Positions 19,587 through 30,707 of a stretch of DNA of 64,000 nt are shown in pieces (the stretch's first letter is position 1; each line of letters opens with the position of its first letter). Source of the DNA: Alloprevotella sp. Lineage in GTDB: Bacteria; Bacteroidota; Bacteroidia; Bacteroidales; Bacteroidaceae. Both the position numbers and the translations under genes were made by a program. The notes under the pieces were generated by a model. That model saw only the letters and a list, made by a program, of their open reading frames with translations, was not told where the DNA came from and ran no database searches. The DNA lies in contig JAZQVD010000051.1 of assembly GCA_045631665.1 (NCBI GenBank), forward strand, positions 60,754 through 124,753. Direction: 5' to 3'.

Positions 19587-21707
19587 TTACTTCACGAGGT
19601 CTACGCGACCCTTAACTTCTTCGAGAACTTCACGAGCGATGTTCGCAGAGAGTGCGATGTGGCTGTGGTAAGTCATAGAAGATGTTGCACGACCAGAAGT
19701 GATAGTACGGAGTGCAGTTACATAACCGAACATTTCTGCGAGGGGCACCTTAGCCTTAACTACGCGAGCACCTGAACGGCTGCTTTCCATACCTTCTACC
19801 TGACCACGACGCTTGTTCAAGTCACCGATTACGTCACCCATGTTTTCTTCGGGAGTTACAACTTCCAACTTCATGAGGGGTTCCATCAATACAGGACCTG
19901 CCTGTGCGCAAGCGTTCTTGTAAGCCTGGAGCGCTGCGATTTCGAATGACAACTGGTCAGAGTCAACGGGGTGGAATGAACCATCGAGCAATTCAACCTT
20001 GAGGCTGTCGAGGGGATAACCACCGAGTACACCGCTCTTCATAGCGTTTTCGAAGCCCTTCTGTACAGAGGGGATGAATTCCTTAGGAATGTTACCACCA
20101 GTTACCTTGTTTACGAACTGGAGACCACCCTGTGTAAAGTCTTCATCAACGGGACCAACATTAACGATGATATCAGCGAACTTACCGCGACCACCAGACT
20201 GCTTCTTGTAAACTTCGCGGAGGTTAACTGTCTTCGTGATAGCTTCCTTGTAGTTAACCTGGGGCTTACCCTGGTTACATTCTACCTTGAATTCACGCTT
20301 AAGACGGTCAATAATGATATCGAGGTGAAGTTCACCCATACCAGAAATTACAGTCTGACCAGACTGTTCGTCAGTCTTAACTGTGAATGTGGGGTCTTCT
20401 TCAGCGAGCTTAGCGAGACCGTTAGAAAGCTTATCGAGGTCCTTCTGAGTCTTAGGCTCAACTGCGATACCGATAACGGGATCGGGGAAGTCCATAGATT
20501 CGAGTACGAGGGGTGCATCTTCAGAAGAGAGTGTGTCACCAGTACGGATATCCTTGAAACCCACACCTGCACCGATATCACCAGCAGCGATAACGTCAAC
20601 AGGATTCTGCTTGCTTGAGTGCATCTGGAAGAGGCGAGATACGCGTTCCTTCTTACCTGAACGAACGTTGTAGATATAAGAACCTGCTTCAACCTTACCA
20701 GAGTATACACGGAAGAATGTCAAGCGACCAACATAGGGGTCAGTAGCAATCTTAAACGCAAGAGCTGAAGTCTTTTCGTCTTCAGAAGGCATACGGCTTT
20801 CTTCTGCGCCAGTGTCGGGGTTTGTACCGATTGTAGCACCACCGTCCATGGGAGAGGGAAGGAACATACAAACGTAGTCGAGCAACTTCTGTACACCCTT
20901 GTTCTTAAATGAAGAACCACAAGTCATAGGAACGATATCCATTGCGAGTGTAGCCTTACGGATAGCTGCAACGAGTTCTTCCTTTGTGATTGAAGCGGGA
21001 TCTTCAAAGAACTTTTCCATGAGCGCTTCGTCAGTTTCAGCAGCTGATTCAACGAGCTTAGCACGCCATTCTTCTGCTTCGTCAACGAGGTTAGCGGGAA
21101 TTTCTTCTACGCTGTAGTCAGCCCCCATAGTTTCATCGTGCCAGAAGATAGCCTTCATGTCGATGAGGTCTACGATACCCTTAAATGTTTCTTCAGCACC
21201 GATAGGAATTGCGATAGGAGCAGGATTTGCACCGAGCACAGCCTTCATCTGGCGAACAACTTCGAAGAAGTCTGCACCAGAGCGGTCCATCTTATTTACA
21301 TATGCAATACGGGGTACGTTGTACTTGTCAGCCTGACGCCATACAGTTTCAGACTGGGGTTCAACACCACCTACTGCACAATATGCAGCAACTGCACCGT
21401 CGAGCACACGGAGTGAACGTTCTACTTCAGCTGTGAAGTCAACGTGTCCCGGAGTGTCGATGAGGTTGATCTTATACTGAGTGTTTGCGTAGTTCCAGTA
21501 AGTAGTTGTAGCAGCAGAAGTGATAGTGATACCACGTTCCTGTTCCTGCTCCATCCAGTCCATTGTAGCGCCACCTTCGTGTACTTCACCGATCTTGTGA
21601 GTCTTACCAGTGTAAAAAAGGATACGCTCAGACGTTGTAGTCTTACCGGCATCGATGTGAGCCATGATACCGATGTTACGCGTCAAGTGCAAATCATTTT
21701 TTGCCAT
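19587..21707 (-). CDS. fusA: elongation factor G
   Basis: [28 protein letters not shown]. Confidence 0.99.
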   Translation of the reverse strand: MAKNDLHLTRNIGIMAHIDAGKTTTSERILFYTGKTHKIGEVHEGGATMDWMEQEQERGITITSAATTTYWNYANTQYKINLIDTPGHVDFTAEVERSLRVLDGAVAAYCAVGGVEPQSETVWRQADKYNVPRIAYVNKMDRSGADFFEVVRQMKAVLGANPAPIAIPIGAEETFKGIVDLIDMKAIFWHDETMGADYSVEEIPANLVDEAEEWRAKLVESAAETDEALMEKFFEDPASITKEELVAAIRKATLAMDIVPMTCGSSFKNKGVQKLLDYVCMFLPSPMDGGATIGTNPDTGAEESRMPSEDEKTSALAFKIATDPYVGRLTFFRVYSGKVEAGSYIYNVRSGKKERVSRLFQMHSSKQNPVDVIAAGDIGAGVGFKDIRTGDTLSSEDAPLVLESMDFPDPVIGIAVEPKTQKDLDKLSNGLAKLAEEDPTFTVKTDEQSGQTVISGMGELHLDIIIDRLKREFKVECNQGKPQVNYKEAITKTVNLREVYKKQSGGRGKFADIIVNVGPVDEDFTQGGLQFVNKVTGGNIPKEFIPSVQKGFENAMKSGVLGGYPLDSLKVELLDGSFHPVDSDQLSFEIAALQAYKNACAQAGPVLMEPLMKLEVVTPEENMGDVIGDLNKRRGQVEGMESSRSGARVVKAKVPLAEMFGYVTALRTITSGRATSSMTYHSHIALSANIAREVLEEVKGRVDLVK

Positions 21708-21728
21708 GTCTTTCAGTATTTAAGGAGA

Positions 21729-22205
21729 TTAGAATCTGAAGTGAGCGAACGCACGGTTAGCTTCTGCCATACGGTGCATATCTTCCTTACGCTTGAATGC
21801 ACCACCCTGTTCGTTGTATGCATCCATGATTTCTGCTGCGAGCTTGTCAGCCATAGTCTTACCACCACGCTTACGAGCGTAACCGATCATGTTCTTCATA
21901 GAAACTGATTCCTTACGGTCGGGGCGGATTTCTGTGGGCACCTGGAAAGTAGCACCACCGATACGGCGTGACTTAACTTCAACCTGGGGAGTAATCTTAG
22001 CAAGCGCTTCCTTCCAGATTTCGAGAGCTGACTTTTCAGAGTCCTTCATCTTTTCACCTACGATAGCGAGGGCGCTGTAGAAGATTTCGTAAGAGATATT
22101 CTTCTTACCATCGTACATAAGGTGGTTAACGAACTTAGAAACCTTCTGGTCTCCGTAAACGGGATCGGGAAGAACCAAACGCTTTTTAGGCTTTGCTTTT
22201 CTCAT
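21729..22205 (-). CDS. rpsG: 30S ribosomal protein S7
   Basis: [23 protein letters not shown]. Confidence 0.99.
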   Translation of the reverse strand: MRKAKPKKRLVLPDPVYGDQKVSKFVNHLMYDGKKNISYEIFYSALAIVGEKMKDSEKSALEIWKEALAKITPQVEVKSRRIGGATFQVPTEIRPDRKESVSMKNMIGYARKRGGKTMADKLAAEIMDAYNEQGGAFKRKEDMHRMAEANRAFAHFRF

Positions 22206-22353
22206 TGTAGAAAATTGGTTTTAGTAGGCTGCATCATACGTCTTCAACTCCACGCTTGGAGTTTACTCAACCCTTGTGCAAACCAAAGATTTATAAATTA
22301 GAAAAAGATGCAGGGCACGAAGCCCTGCGAATGTGTTTTAGTTGGATGTAAGA

Positions 22354-22737
22354 TTACTTCTTAGCAGCCTTGGGACGCTTAGCACCGTACTTAGAACGAC
22401 GCTGTGTGCGGTTAGCAACACCTGCAGTATCGAGTGTACCGCGAACGATGTGGTAACGTACACCAGGAAGGTCCTTTACACGACCACCACGAACGAGAAC
22501 GATTGAGTGTTCCTGAAGGTTGTGACCTTCACCGGGGATGTAAGAGTTAACTTCCTTAGAGTTTGTCAAGCGAACACGAGCAACTTTACGCATTGCTGAG
22601 TTAGGCTTCTTGGGCGTAGTAGTGTACACACGAACACAAACGCCACGACGCTGAGGGCATGAATCCAACGCGGGAGACTTAGACTTGTCTGCAGCCACGC
22701 TTCTACCCTTTCTTACCAATTGTGAAATAGTAGGCAT
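22354..22737 (-). CDS. rpsL: 30S ribosomal protein S12
   Basis: [26 protein letters not shown]. Confidence 0.99.
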   Translation of the reverse strand: MPTISQLVRKGRSVAADKSKSPALDSCPQRRGVCVRVYTTTPKKPNSAMRKVARVRLTNSKEVNSYIPGEGHNLQEHSIVLVRGGRVKDLPGVRYHIVRGTLDTAGVANRTQRRSKYGAKRPKAAKK

Positions 22738-22844
22738 TTTGTTTAATTTTTTATTTGTTTATATATTATATTTTGTATTCAAATGGAGTATGTTTTCGCA
22801 GTGTTTTCCGCTTCTCGTAAGCGCACACTACACCTTTTGGGGTG

Positions 22845-22874
22845 CAAAGTTACAAATTTTTCCTTAACAAACAA
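22845..22874 (-). promoter_or_regulatory. str operon promoter
   Basis: Minus strand TTG-N19-TAACTTTG. Confidence 0.7.
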
Positions 22875-23048
22875 CACAACTCAAGCCTAAATTTTACTTT
22901 TTTCTGTTGTTTCACCCACAAACTATAGTTTACACGATGCGCTTCGGTATAATAACCAACACTTTTGGCACCAGCAACTAACATTTTGCACAGTTGCTAT
23001 AATACACATAAAAAAATAACGGGGAAACTTGCAAGTCTCCCCGTCACA

Positions 23049-24173
23049 TTATCGTTCCACCCCAAGGCGCCAAAGATACAGCCACACACGGAAGGGCAAA
23101 TCAAAAAGAATTTCCTGGGGGTAATGGGTAAGGTATCTCGCCTTTCGCTTCATCGACTCCCATAGGCGTGAGGACAAGCGATTGTAGTGCGTGCGGTCGA
23201 AGCGCTCGTCGTGGTGACCAAAGTTGCCGGCTTGCCATACCTCTTCAAGCAAGAAAGCCCCCTCCTTTGCATCGGGCGCACATAATATATATTGTGTATC
23301 CAAGCCAAACACTTCCTGCATCACCCACATCGTGGCCGCCACGAACTTCTCCATTCCCAACTGTCGGAAAAGCTGCATCGTGCGCGCCCTACTCTCCTCG
23401 CTACCGCCCTGCTTAAGCACATAATAGTAGTCCATCAGTTGGCGGAAGCCTACACCCTCGCCCAGCAGATGTCCGTAGATGTGATGGAGGATATAGAAGC
23501 GGTCAAACTCAAGTGTCGGAGCACTAATTTCGCCGATTTCATCGGGCAAATTGCGGGTATTTGAGAACTGCTCGGCAGCGGTTCCCTCAAAGAAACGCTG
23601 CAGGCGACGATTGTGCCAAAAGTTATAGAAATACGAAGGCGTAATGTGCACCTCAACGCTCGTACCCTTAAAGAAATGGCAGTGCACATGCTGATAATTC
23701 ATCCCCTCCAATTCGCCATGACCACGCATGAACTCATAGATGCGCAGACGGTTTTCATTCAACCACCCCTTGCGCTCCTTGCAAAGATTCTTGGGCGCAA
23801 TCCACAAGTCAATGTCCCCACTGATTCTCGCATAAGGGTCGGGGTAATACATTGCCACCGCCTGCCCCTTCATTACCGCACAGTCAAAGCCCTGTTCTCT
23901 GAAAAACGCACACACCTTTACCGCCTCGCCATTCATGCGACGGTTCTCTGCGGCAATCTCCCCCACTCGTTTGTACCACTTAAAGAGCACCTTCTTCGGA
24001 GGCTTCTGCGCATCGGGCAACCGCTTGACGCCCTCAAACAGCACCCCTACGAGCGTCTGTTCACGCGCCATTTTATACAGTCCCTCCCATTCCTCCTGCG
24101 TGGGGATACAAGAAAGCATCTCCCTGTGGTTCAAGGAGATGCTTATGAGTTCTTTGAAATATGTTCTCAACAT
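23049..24173 (-). CDS. nucleotidyltransferase family protein (NTP_transf_5-like)
   Basis: MKG..A.YYP.P..R.SGDIDL, VEVH, H...H...EG.G.RQ..D. Confidence 0.8.
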   Translation of the reverse strand: MLRTYFKELISISLNHREMLSCIPTQEEWEGLYKMAREQTLVGVLFEGVKRLPDAQKPPKKVLFKWYKRVGEIAAENRRMNGEAVKVCAFFREQGFDCAVMKGQAVAMYYPDPYARISGDIDLWIAPKNLCKERKGWLNENRLRIYEFMRGHGELEGMNYQHVHCHFFKGTSVEVHITPSYFYNFWHNRRLQRFFEGTAAEQFSNTRNLPDEIGEISAPTLEFDRFYILHHIYGHLLGEGVGFRQLMDYYYVLKQGGSEESRARTMQLFRQLGMEKFVAATMWVMQEVFGLDTQYILCAPDAKEGAFLLEEVWQAGNFGHHDERFDRTHYNRLSSRLWESMKRKARYLTHYPQEILFDLPFRVWLYLWRLGVER

Positions 24174-24231
24174 ACCGTCTCGGTCAATAAACTTTGGTCA
24201 ACAGGTTATGCGTGCCACACATTATTATATA

Positions 24232-24615
24232 TTACGCAGGCACATAAGCGCCATCCTTTGCCTCGAATATCACGGAGGGTTCGTGCACAATCACCTTGTG
24301 CCACACGCCCTGCGGCACCTGAATACCATACAGTCCCTCGGCAGGACAAAGGAGGTGACGCTCCGTTTCGCGAAATTCACCATCGACCTGCTCATAAAGC
24401 ATCTCTTCCATACGCCCCTGCAAGCAGATTACCGTCTCCGAAGTGTCTTCGTGGCGGTGAATAGGCACTTCCGTGTGGGGTTGCAAGGCGTTCAGCATGC
24501 GCTGAGAGGTATCGTCGGCACTATTGCGCAAGTCGTAATTCTGACGCAAGCGCGGAGATTGCGTTGCTGCCGCTAAAAGATTATTGAGAAAACTCTTGTC
24601 AAAAATGATTGCCAT
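24232..24615 (-). CDS. wbuC: WbuC-family cupin metalloprotein
   Basis: SPRLRQNY, QRMLNA, PIHRH, WH, E.KDG.Y; likely start ATG 24615. Confidence 0.85.
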   Translation of the reverse strand: MAIIFDKSFLNNLLAAATQSPRLRQNYDLRNSADDTSQRMLNALQPHTEVPIHRHEDTSETVICLQGRMEEMLYEQVDGEFRETERHLLCPAEGLYGIQVPQGVWHKVIVHEPSVIFEAKDGAYVPA

Positions 24616-24708
24616 AATTGTAGTTGTTTGGAGGTAGAAAAAAACCGTGAGCGCCCCGCTTTTGGGGATTACAAGCACTGTTCTAAAAACAAATAATCCC
24701 TACCTCGT

Positions 24709-24795
24709 AAAAACTAAACCTATTGTAGTGAAAACTATTAGTAACCTAAAAAAAATTATTAGTAACATAATTCAAATTACATTACTAATAATTTT
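24709..24795. repeat. 21-bp-period palindromic element, copy 5
   Basis: Tail aaaaactaaacctattgtagt plus two forward units and one reverse unit. Confidence 0.9.
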
Positions 24796-24881
24796 CACGT
24801 TTTAACTCATCTGATTTTCAGGGTTGCACAAGATGCCTAAAATCAGACTTCACGCGGGCGATTTTTGCCACCCGTACGGCG

Positions 24882-26165
24882 TTATTCCGCAATCGCCTCC
24901 TTAATGCAGTCTACGATGTAGCGCACATCGTCGTCCGTAACATAAGGACCTGCGGGGAGGCAGAAGCCCACCTTGAAGATTTCTTCCGACACACCATTCA
25001 CATACGCCACAGCGTCGGCATAAACAGGCTGCTTGTGCATTGGTTTCCACACAGGACGGCATTCCACCTTCTTCGCAAGCATGAAGACGCGCAGGGCCTC
25101 AACATTATCGTTGGGTTGGCAGTCTGTCGTAGCGCTTTCTACCGCCTTAATCACGCCTGCCGCGCCGCCCACAGCACTCTTAATCACTTCCTTATAAGCA
25201 TTCTCCTGTCCCTTCACCTTCACATTGGGGTCCAATGTTGCGGCACAGAGCCAGAAGTTGCTATCGTAGCGAGGATCTGCAGGTTGTTCGTGCAAGGTCA
25301 CGCCTTTCACGTCCTTCAGCAGTTCCTTATAGAGTTCCTGCACATGCTTGTGGTGAGCGATATGCGCATCAAGCACCGTCATCTGTCCGCGACCGATACC
25401 CGCACACACATTACTCATGCGATAGTTGTAACCAATCGCCGTATGTTCGTAATAAGGATATGCGTCGCGCGCCTGAGTGGCATACCACATAATTTCATTG
25501 GCATCTTCTGCAGACTGACAAATCAACGCACCACCACCTGAAGTGGTAATCATCTTATTGCCGTTGAAGCTCAACACGCCAAAGCGTCCGAAAGTTCCGA
25601 GCACTTGACCGTTGAAGCGCGAGCCCATACCTTCGGCAGCATCCTCAATCACGGGAATACCATACTTTTCAGAGATTGCCATCAACTTTTCACAGTCGTA
25701 AGGCATACCGTAAAGAGCCACAGGGACAATTGCCTTCGGATACTTACCCGTCACCTGCTTGCGCTCAATAATCGCTTTCTCAAGCAACTCAGGGTCCATA
25801 TTCCAAGTATCACGCTCAGAGTCAATAAACACAGGTTTAGCACCAAGGTAAGTAATGGGGTGTGAAGACGCGCAGAACGTGAACGACTGCACCAGCACCT
25901 CATCGCCAGGAGCAACGCCACAAGCAATCAACGCCAAATGCACCGCAGCAGTACCCGCCGACAAGCACACCACCTTACGATCTAGCGGTTCACTTCCATC
26001 CAACTTGCTATTTGCCATTTTAGCCAAATCAGCCTCAAAGGCATTCACATTGGGCCCCATAGGCACCACCCAATTCGTATCAAACGCCTCCTTCACATAC
26101 TTTTGTTCCGCTCCGTCCTCACTCATGTGCGCAAGACAGAGGTAAATCATTTTTCTTTCAGACAT
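24882..26165 (-). CDS. DegT/DnrJ-family sugar aminotransferase (PglE/EpsN-like)
   Basis: GTAAVHLAL, IEDAAE, SFNGNKMITTSGGG, GYNYRMSN, WKPMH, CLP. Confidence 0.9.
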   Translation of the reverse strand: MSERKMIYLCLAHMSEDGAEQKYVKEAFDTNWVVPMGPNVNAFEADLAKMANSKLDGSEPLDRKVVCLSAGTAAVHLALIACGVAPGDEVLVQSFTFCASSHPITYLGAKPVFIDSERDTWNMDPELLEKAIIERKQVTGKYPKAIVPVALYGMPYDCEKLMAISEKYGIPVIEDAAEGMGSRFNGQVLGTFGRFGVLSFNGNKMITTSGGGALICQSAEDANEIMWYATQARDAYPYYEHTAIGYNYRMSNVCAGIGRGQMTVLDAHIAHHKHVQELYKELLKDVKGVTLHEQPADPRYDSNFWLCAATLDPNVKVKGQENAYKEVIKSAVGGAAGVIKAVESATTDCQPNDNVEALRVFMLAKKVECRPVWKPMHKQPVYADAVAYVNGVSEEIFKVGFCLPAGPYVTDDDVRYIVDCIKEAIAE

Positions 26166-26252
26166 GATTGTATTTATTTATGTTATTCGCATATTTAGTA
26201 GAGAAAGCACAGAGAGTATAGAGCCCCCTCTCCACTTTCTCTACCGTCTCTC

Positions 26253-26636
26253 CTATTGGTACTTACTACCCTTAGATTCAAATGCTTTTAGGGAGTGGAT
26301 AAAGTGTAAAATTCCTGCACTTAATTGTCTACAATCAGAATACATTTGTTCGTAAACAGCATTGTTGATAAATCCAACATCGTATGCTCTATTAATTTGT
26401 GACCTTAATTCACCACATGACCCTTTAGCTATATAAAGAAACTGAAGAAATTCTCGCTTACCTTGGCGTTCAAATCCTTCTGCTATATTGTCACTCACAG
26501 AACCAGCTGAAGCACGAATTTGTTGCACAAATCTTATGTCAAATCGAAATTCACCTTCCCGAGTAATCTGATACACCTGTTTGGCAAGTTCACGCGATTG
26601 CTGATAAATAACTAGTTCTTCAAAATCAGAAACCAT
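26253..26636 (-). CDS. four-helix-bundle protein (23S rRNA IVP / Avd-like family)
   Basis: F.EL..YQ, QI..SA.SV..NIAEGF.R, FL.IAKGS.GE. Confidence 0.9.
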   Translation of the reverse strand: MVSDFEELVIYQQSRELAKQVYQITREGEFRFDIRFVQQIRASAGSVSDNIAEGFERQGKREFLQFLYIAKGSCGELRSQINRAYDVGFINNAVYEQMYSDCRQLSAGILHFIHSLKAFESKGSKYQ

Positions 26637-26712
26637 TCTTTACTATCTTCACTTTTCTCACCCTCTTTACTTTCGTTACTTTCTTTACCCTCTCCACCTT
26701 CTATAGTTCCCT

Positions 26713-27405
26713 TCACACCTCTTCCCCCGCAAACTTCACCTTAAAGCCCAGCACCGTGGCGAAGATCATTTCGATATCCTTGATGAAACTATAGTTGCGA
26801 TAGTAATAGCAATTTAGGCGAACTTTATCGGGATAAATCACATTATCGTTATACCACACAGCTATCTCTTGGTCCGTCATCTTCGTGAAATCTGGAGTGT
26901 CCGCAAAAACCTTCACCTGCTCATTTTTTCCGGCTTTCACCTCCTTCACAAACTCAGCAATCATCTCATCCTCCATGCGATATTTCAGCGTAGCAGGTCC
27001 AGTAATCCCTGGACGCAATTTTAGTACATCTCTGTCTGCCCCCTCCAATTTATCCGCATAGCCAGGAACGTCCGGACGTGGTCCCACAAACGACATATTA
27101 CCAATCAACACATCCCAAAGTCCAGGCAATTCGTCAATCTTATAATGGCGCAACTTAGCCCCAAAAGGCGTAATACGGCTATCGCCCGCCACAGAGACCG
27201 TAGAACCATTGTGCGCCACCGTCATTGAGCGGAACTTATGGCAGTTAAACAACTTACCACCCTTGCCCACACGCTTCTGCACGAAGAACGCAGGACCACC
27301 CGGCATCTTCACCTTCACCAAAATTGCCGTAACCAAAATCACAGGCCACAAAAAACAAAGACCAATGAAAGCCACCAATCGGTCAAAAATAAATTTTAGT
27401 ATCAT
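26713..27405 (-). CDS. PglC/WcfS-type sugar phosphotransferase (Bac_transf)
   Basis: KFRSM, RIT..G..LR..KIDELP, GNMSFVGPRP, PGITG. Confidence 0.9.
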   Translation of the reverse strand: MILKFIFDRLVAFIGLCFLWPVILVTAILVKVKMPGGPAFFVQKRVGKGGKLFNCHKFRSMTVAHNGSTVSVAGDSRITPFGAKLRHYKIDELPGLWDVLIGNMSFVGPRPDVPGYADKLEGADRDVLKLRPGITGPATLKYRMEDEMIAEFVKEVKAGKNEQVKVFADTPDFTKMTDQEIAVWYNDNVIYPDKVRLNCYYYRNYSFIKDIEMIFATVLGFKVKFAGEEV

Positions 27406-27516
27406 ATTTGTTTTTTTAAGTCAATGGTATTTTTAATATCAATGGTCAATAGTCAACAGTCTGTTGCCTATAGTCTGTCTTCGGACGAATACCTCTCTGT
27501 TGCCCGTTGACTTTCT

Positions 27517-29319
27517 CTACTCACCATCTCCCCTACTTATTCTCTTATACCTCTGAGCAGGATGATTAGGCACAGGAAAAGCTCTTTGTAAAAGTCCTTC
27601 ATCAACCATCTTGCGCATAAAACCTTTAAGGTATTGTGGATTTCGTTTTATTTCACGAGCAATCTCCTCTAAAGACTTCCAATCATTGGCACTTTCTATA
27701 ATCAAATCAAAAAGTTCCTTTTGAGAGCATTTCTTTTTAACACCATTCGAACTAGTAAGGTTTGATGAAGAACTGGTAAGGTTTGATGAAGAACTGGTAA
27801 GGTTTTGTCCTGTATTCAAATGATAGGTCGTACCTCTCCCTATACCATCAGAGATAAGATATCCATCTACACAAAGTTCTTTTAACATTTTTGTTATATC
27901 ATATTTATGGAGATTTAATGTATACCTCAAACGTTCATTTGACACAACCCCTTCCGTTATCGCAAGAGCCAATGTTAAAACCTTATTGTGTTCAATCTGT
28001 AGGACTTGCTCACCAAATATATTAATTAGATTTTCTTTAACCTTATCGTCTAATATAGATATAAGCGGCAACGTCAACACAACCTTGTCCGGTCGATTCT
28101 TTTCTTCTATATTCGGTGAATTCCAATTTGCCTCTTTCCACCCCGATAAAATTATGTCTGCACCACTACCTGCCTTTTCGGCTTTACCAAGCATCATGAA
28201 CATTTTTTGTATGGACAGGTTTCGACACACACTATCTCCACCTTCATAGAATTGTTGCTTTGACACCAACAAACAACCGGGATTTGAGAAAACCAATTCA
28301 CTCTTACTTCTAGTAATTACCGTAGATGCATTAACAGAATAATCAGCATGAACCAAAGTATTTATTAATGCTTCTCTGACTGCAACATGTGCGGATGTTT
28401 CGTCCTTTCTTGTATCACCTTCTAGTTTAAAAGGGACTGGTAATATTTCCTGCAATTTAGGAAGAACACGTTTATAGAATTGGAAAAGATTGACCTCCCA
28501 TGTACCATCCGGATAAATACGATCCAACCATCTTGTGGTAAGAGAATCTTCGCCTAATTCTCTATAATCAAGAAAAAAATTAGGAGCACAAACTTCGTCA
28601 GTAATGGAATCAGTTTTTCCAAACATAAGCAATCCAGCCAACGTAAAGCCTTCTTTACCCGTTTTTCTGTCAACTTTATAACCGCCTATTTTTTTAAGCA
28701 AAGAAATATCGTCCAAGGTCAACCAAGCATGTCCAGGTTTTGCCAAATCAAACAATCTTCTATATTGGTCTAGCGATGCTTTATCAATGTCCTCAAACGT
28801 ATAGTTGTCTAATATACGTGAATCAGCAGATACTGAAACATTGGCATCAGCATACATGCGTCTAACCTCTTGTTCAGTGCATTTGAAGTCTCCTTCGTGA
28901 TTACGCTTATAAGTTCCATTGTAAGGGTTAGGAGTATGATAGATGGGACGTTGTTCTCTTGCTGCTCGAGGTATATAAAATAAAAGGACTTTATGACCAT
29001 CAAGTTCTCCATCCACCACATCATCGTTGCTCAACAAATTCAGATTGACAATATCTCTGTTATTTACCCCACTCCAAAATTCCTTTTTGTACTTATCAAT
29101 CAATTCGTCAGTTAACGAATCCACATAGAACTCCCCCTTTTTCTCTTTTATACCAAGCACAATAGTTCCGCCATTCGTATTAGCAAATGATGAGTAAGTT
29201 TCCCAAAATGCCTTCGGGAATCCGCCTGCAGCAGATTTAAATTCAATCTCTGCAGATTCCTTCTTTTCCATCAATTCTTCTACGAAAGATGATATGTCTA
29301 AATAATCATATTTCTTCAT
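27517..29319 (-). CDS. AlbA_2/Schlafen + HATPase-like + wHTH protein
   Basis: E...IEFK, SFANT.GGTIVLG, REAL.N...H.DY, NPG, RN, E..GSG, G.GRGT.Y; contains a 21-bp tandem repeat (NLTSSSS). Confidence 0.8.
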   Translation of the reverse strand: MKKYDYLDISSFVEELMEKKESAEIEFKSAAGGFPKAFWETYSSFANTNGGTIVLGIKEKKGEFYVDSLTDELIDKYKKEFWSGVNNRDIVNLNLLSNDDVVDGELDGHKVLLFYIPRAAREQRPIYHTPNPYNGTYKRNHEGDFKCTEQEVRRMYADANVSVSADSRILDNYTFEDIDKASLDQYRRLFDLAKPGHAWLTLDDISLLKKIGGYKVDRKTGKEGFTLAGLLMFGKTDSITDEVCAPNFFLDYRELGEDSLTTRWLDRIYPDGTWEVNLFQFYKRVLPKLQEILPVPFKLEGDTRKDETSAHVAVREALINTLVHADYSVNASTVITRSKSELVFSNPGCLLVSKQQFYEGGDSVCRNLSIQKMFMMLGKAEKAGSGADIILSGWKEANWNSPNIEEKNRPDKVVLTLPLISILDDKVKENLINIFGEQVLQIEHNKVLTLALAITEGVVSNERLRYTLNLHKYDITKMLKELCVDGYLISDGIGRGTTYHLNTGQNLTSSSSNLTSSSSNLTSSNGVKKKCSQKELFDLIIESANDWKSLEEIAREIKRNPQYLKGFMRKMVDEGLLQRAFPVPNHPAQRYKRISRGDGE

Positions 29320-29448
29320 AACCCCAAACTATATAGCACCACAAAATTAATACTCATCTGTAAATGATAACACCTTCGTAGTAAAAAATCATGCCATCAA
29401 AAACTCACTCCCAACCGTTTTACTCTCTCTGTCTTTCCCCTGACCAAC

Positions 29449-30045
29449 TTACTCATCTATGATTTCCAAATAAAGTTCATTATGTTCCAATTCCTCTACA
29501 ATTCTCACATTGCTAGCAGAGAGAGCAGAACGATAAGATGCCACATTGTCTTTGGATACCGTCTCAAAGAGTCGAAGCCCTATTCCGAATCCTACATCAT
29601 TCATCATTTTATTCATCAATGTCCCTAACCCTCTGCCACGAAAATCCATGCCGACCATACGTCCTCGGAAGCTCTTCCCCATGAAAAAACTTCTCAGAAA
29701 ACAATACGCAGATACTTGCCCGTTCTCCATTAAGACATAAGCTAAGAAAGAACGGTTCCGTTGAAGTTTCTTTAAACTCTTCACGTCAAAACCATGAGGT
29801 TTAAAAAAAGTATAAGCCTCTTCAGGTTGAGCAGCAAAGAAATTCGCTATCTTATCTGTAGGCACATCCCTAAGACGTACCACTTCCATGCCACTCGTCT
29901 GAGCATATCGCTGCAGCACCGTTTCCTCCACAGACTTCCACTTCCGACCATATCTCAACGTAAACAGACAAGAGTTCAATATATCTATTAGATTCCAAAT
30001 AAACGGGATTTTATCTCTTAAAAAATGTGCAATCTTATAAAGCAT
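29449..30045 (-). CDS. GNAT-like acyltransferase
   Basis: FRGRGLGT acetyl-CoA loop; N.AS. Confidence 0.65.
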   Translation of the reverse strand: MLYKIAHFLRDKIPFIWNLIDILNSCLFTLRYGRKWKSVEETVLQRYAQTSGMEVVRLRDVPTDKIANFFAAQPEEAYTFFKPHGFDVKSLKKLQRNRSFLAYVLMENGQVSAYCFLRSFFMGKSFRGRMVGMDFRGRGLGTLMNKMMNDVGFGIGLRLFETVSKDNVASYRSALSASNVRIVEELEHNELYLEIIDE

Positions 30046-30707
30046 GTTACATTAATTTATATGTTATGACCAACGCGTAACCCAACAGTAAAGAGTGTAT
30101 ATTGATGAATTCAGTCAAAAGACTATGGATTAAAGACTCCAACCTGACAACTGACACAACCAATATTCGTAAAATTTGTGAAATTGACGTTCGCTACCTT
30201 AGTTCATATTCTAATCAGAACAGATAGATTGACAGTTGACAGACATAACAGTATAATCTCGGCAATCATGTTGACAAATAAAAAAGCAACAGATGACACT
30301 GATAATCTCAGCCTGTATTGTCAAAAATATAGTTTAGAACCACGTTGATACCACCCAAACGTTGCCCGTTGTCTGTTGTCCGTAGAACATCACTTCAACA
30401 TCCTCCCCGCATATAGTCACACCTTAAACCTTACAAAATCTCCTCATAAAGTTCATGTAAAAGCCACATCACAAATCCTTGTTCAAACTATCATTAATCG
30501 TCTGTAGAGCACACAAAGCATAACCTTTTCGTTTCTCCTCATTCATGACCACTCTCACTCGAGATTAGCAGGTAGAACTCTTTTCTAAAATGACTGATAT
30601 ATCTTTAGGCCACTGCTTATGCAATTAGGTTCTTTTATGAAATATCATATTTCATTTTTAAATTAACAATCATTCTCATCTGTAATCACGAAACAATTCT
30701 TAAGGTG

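Noticed and set aside
22354-22737. Streptomycin-resistance allele of rpsL
   Set aside because: PKKPNSA and RVKDLPG are wild type.
26253-26636. Diversity-generating retroelement suggested by the Avd-like fold
   Set aside because: No reverse transcriptase and no TR/VR pair with adenine-specific mismatches was seen.
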